A stretch of DNA of 34,296 nucleotides from Leucoraja ocellata (lineage: Eukaryota). A program made the position numbers and the translations under genes. Within the stretch, counting starts at the first letter, position 1. Each line of letters starts with the position of its first letter. The DNA lies in assembly GCA_036785375.1 (NCBI GenBank), contig JAWMAR010000388.1:401705-436000 (forward strand), read 5' to 3'. This document shows positions 31,465 through 34,296 of this stretch, one piece after another. Below the pieces are notes generated by a model. That model had not been told where the DNA came from. It saw nothing but the letters and a program-made list of their open reading frames with translations, and searched no databases.

Positions 31465-33273
31465 CATAACCATATAACATATAACAATTACAGCACGGAA
31501 ACAGGCCATCTCGGCTCTATAAGTCCGTGCCGTACAACCTTTTTTTCCCTTAGTCCCACCTGCCTGCACTCATACCATAACCCTCCATTCCCGTCTCATC
31601 CATATGCCTATCCAATTTATTTTTAAATGATACCAATGAACCTGCCTCCACCACTTCCACTGGAAGCTCATTCCACACCAGTTCCCCCTCATATTACCCC
31701 TAAACTTCTGTCCCTTAATTCTGAAGTCATGTCCTCTTGTTTGAATCTTCCCCATTCTCAAAGGGAAAAGCTTGTCCACATCAACTCTGTCTATCCCTCT
31801 CATCATTTTAAAGACATCTATCAAGTCCCCCCTTAACCTTCTGCTCTCCAGAGAATAAAGACCTAACTTATTCAACCTATCTCTGTAACTTAGTTGTTGA
31901 AACCCAGGCAACATTCTAGTAAATCACCTCTGTACTCTCTCTATTTTGTTGACATCTTTCCTATAAATGGGCGACCAAAATTGTACACCATACTCCAGAT
32001 TTGGTCTCACCAATGCCTTGTACAATTTTAACATTACATCCCAGCTTCTATACTCAATGCTCTGATTTATAAAGGCTAGCATACCAAAAGCTTTCTTTAC
32101 CATACTATCTATATGAGATTCCACCTTCAAGGAACAATGCACGGTTATACCCAGATCCCTCTGTTCAACTGTATTCTTCAATTCTCTACCATTTACCATG
32201 TACGTCCTATTTTGATTTGTCCTGCCAAGGCGTAGAACCTCACATTTATCAGCATTAAACTCCATCTGCCATCTTTCAGCACATTTTTCCAAATGGCCTA
32301 AATCACTCTGTAGACTTTGGAAATCCTCTTCATTATCCACAACACCCCCTATCTTGGTATCATCTGCATACTTACTAATCCAATTTACCACACCTTCATC
32401 CAGATCATTGATGTACATGACAAACAACAAAGGACCCAACACAGATCCCTGAGGCACCCCACTAGTCACCTGCCTCCAACCCGATAAACAGCCATCCACC
32501 ATTACCCTCTGGCTTCTCCCATTCAGCCACTGTTGAATCCATCTTGCTATTCCTGCATTTATACCCAACAGTTGAACCTTCTTAACCAACCTTCCATGAG
32601 GAACCTTGTCAAAGGCCTTACTAAAGTCCATATAGACAACATCCACTGCTTTACCCTCGTCAATTTCCCTAGTAACCTCTTCAAAAAATTCAAGAAGATT
32701 AGTCAAACATGACCTTCCAGGCACAAATCCATGTTGACTGTTCCTAATCAGACCCTGTTTATCCAGATGCTTATATATATTATCTCTAAGTATCTTTTCC
32801 ATTAATTTGCCCACCACTGAAGTCAAACTAACAGGTCTATAATTGCTAGGTTTACTCTAAGAACCCTTTTTAAACAATGGAACAACATGCGCAGTACGCC
32901 AATCCTCGGGGACTATTCCCGTTTCTAATGACATTTGAAATATTTCTGTCACAGCCCCGGCTACTTCTACACTAACTTCCCTCAATGTCCTAGGGAATAT
33001 CCTGTCCAGACCTGGAGACTTATCCACTTTTACACATTACAAGTGTCAGTACTTCTTTTACTTTGAACCTCATAGTATCCATAGCTACTCTACTAGTTTC
33101 CCTTACCTCACATAATTCAATATCCTTCCCCTTGGTGAATACAGAAGAAAACAAATTGTTCAATATCTCCCCCATCTCTTTTGGCTCTGCAGATAGCTGT
33201 CCACTCTGTCTCTCCAATGGACCAATTTTATCCCTCGTTATCCTTTTGCTATTAGTATAGCTGTAGAAACCCT
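31465..33273 (-). mobile_element. CR1 LINE, 5'-truncated, young; same subfamily as 7539-8997
   Basis: ORF 31924..32826(-) is an intact RT core ([29 protein letters not shown]), flanked by in-frame stops. Same tail repeat as the other copies. Confidence 0.94.
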
Positions 33274-34296
33274 TTAGATGCGTTTAGAGTGGTTCACAGG
33301 GTTTAGAGGGGTTTACATGGAGTATACATGTGTTTGTAAGGGTGTAGATGGCTATATCGGTTTAGAGGCAGTTGGAGTGGTTTTGAGGGGTGTCCAGGGG
33401 TTTGGAGGAGTCTGGAGAGGTTTAGAGCGGTTTGGAGAGGTTTGGAGGAATTTAGAGTATTTTATAGGTGTGTAGAGAGGTTTGGAGGGGATTACGGGGG
33501 TTTTAGGGGGGTTTACATGGAGTTTACAGAGGTTTTAGATGGGTTTACAGAGATTGTACATGGTTTTAGCGCTGGTTAGCCGGCTTTATTGTGGGTATAG
33601 ATGCGTTTAGAGATGTTACAGGGTTTAGAGGGGTTTACATGAGGTATACAGGTGTTTATAAGGGTGTAGATGGCTTTATCTGGGTTTAGAGGGGCTTGGA
33701 GTGGTTTTGAAAGATGTTCAGGGGTTTGAAGGAGTCTGGAGAGGTTTAGAGCGGTTTGGAGAGGTTGGGGGGAGGGGTTTAGAGAGTTTTAGATGTGTTA
33801 AGAGGGGTTTAATGGGTTTACATGTCTTTACGTGTTTACGGGTGTTTAGCGTGGTTTAGGGTAGTTTACATGTGTTTAGAGGGTTTTGGGGGGGTTTACG
33901 TGTGTTTAGAGGGTTTTAGAGTGGTGTACAGGGGTTTAAAGGTGTTAACATGGGGTTTACAGGTGTTTAGAGGGGTTTACTGAGGTTTTAGGGGTTTACA
34001 TGGGGTTTACATGTGTTTGCAGGAGTTTAGAGGGCTTTAGAGAAGTGTAAAGGGTTTTAGAGAGGTTTACGTGGATTTAGAGGGGATTACAGATGTTTAG
34101 TGGGGTTTTCGTGGGATTTACAGGGGATTAGGGGAGTTTCCAGGGAGCTTTAGATGGGTTTAGATGGGTTTAGAGGTTTACAGGGGTTTACATGAGGTTT
34201 TGAAGGATTTACAGGGGGTTAGAGTGGTTTAGAGGGTTTTAGATTGGTTTCACGGGGTTTAAATGTGGTTTAAAGGGGGTGTGGAGGGTTTTACAT

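Larger units (their letters stand above)
15266..34296 (+). repeat. Degenerate 10-bp G-rich telomere-like satellite (GGGGTTTAGA/GGGGTTTACA)n with higher-order duplications, interrupted by retroelements; runs off the window end
   Basis: Continuous ~10-bp periodicity and strong G/T strand skew. Longer variant strings recur (e.g. ~17630-18000 vs ~27985-28345). Confidence 0.97.

Noticed and set aside
16245-33475. Short G/F/R/V-rich ORFs in the satellite (16245, 17798, 18494, 18851, 25934, 26571, 30190, 33278)
   Set aside because: Chance open frames in a degenerate 10-bp repeat with no domain signal.

Overview
Eukaryotic genomic DNA, most likely from a cartilaginous fish (inferred from the Ig transmembrane sequence and the CR1/HE1-like/Penelope repeat content). 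The only host gene material is the 3' end of an immunoglobulin heavy-chain gene: membrane exons TM1 (2535-2662) and TM2 (2797-2805), giving a KVK tail, with a possible alternative in-frame terminal exon at 3087-3362. Downstream lie a THAP-derived palindromic DNA transposon and a nested retroelement cluster. In that cluster a Hero-like relic is split by two CR1 LINEs, next to an internally inverted Penelope-like element with a 14-bp TSD and a hammerhead-ribozyme-like motif. From about 13.2 kb to the end of the window runs a degenerate 10-bp telomere-like satellite (GGGGTTTAGA/GGGGTTTACA) that switches strand around a ~720-bp spacer. The satellite hosts a young Ty1/Copia element with two LTRs, a GATTT TSD, a half-tRNA-iMet PBS and an in-frame RT deletion. 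It also hosts CR1 copies and non-coding retroposons with modular 3' tails. An assembly gap covers 1206-1839. Family names rest on motif recognition by eye, not on database searches.
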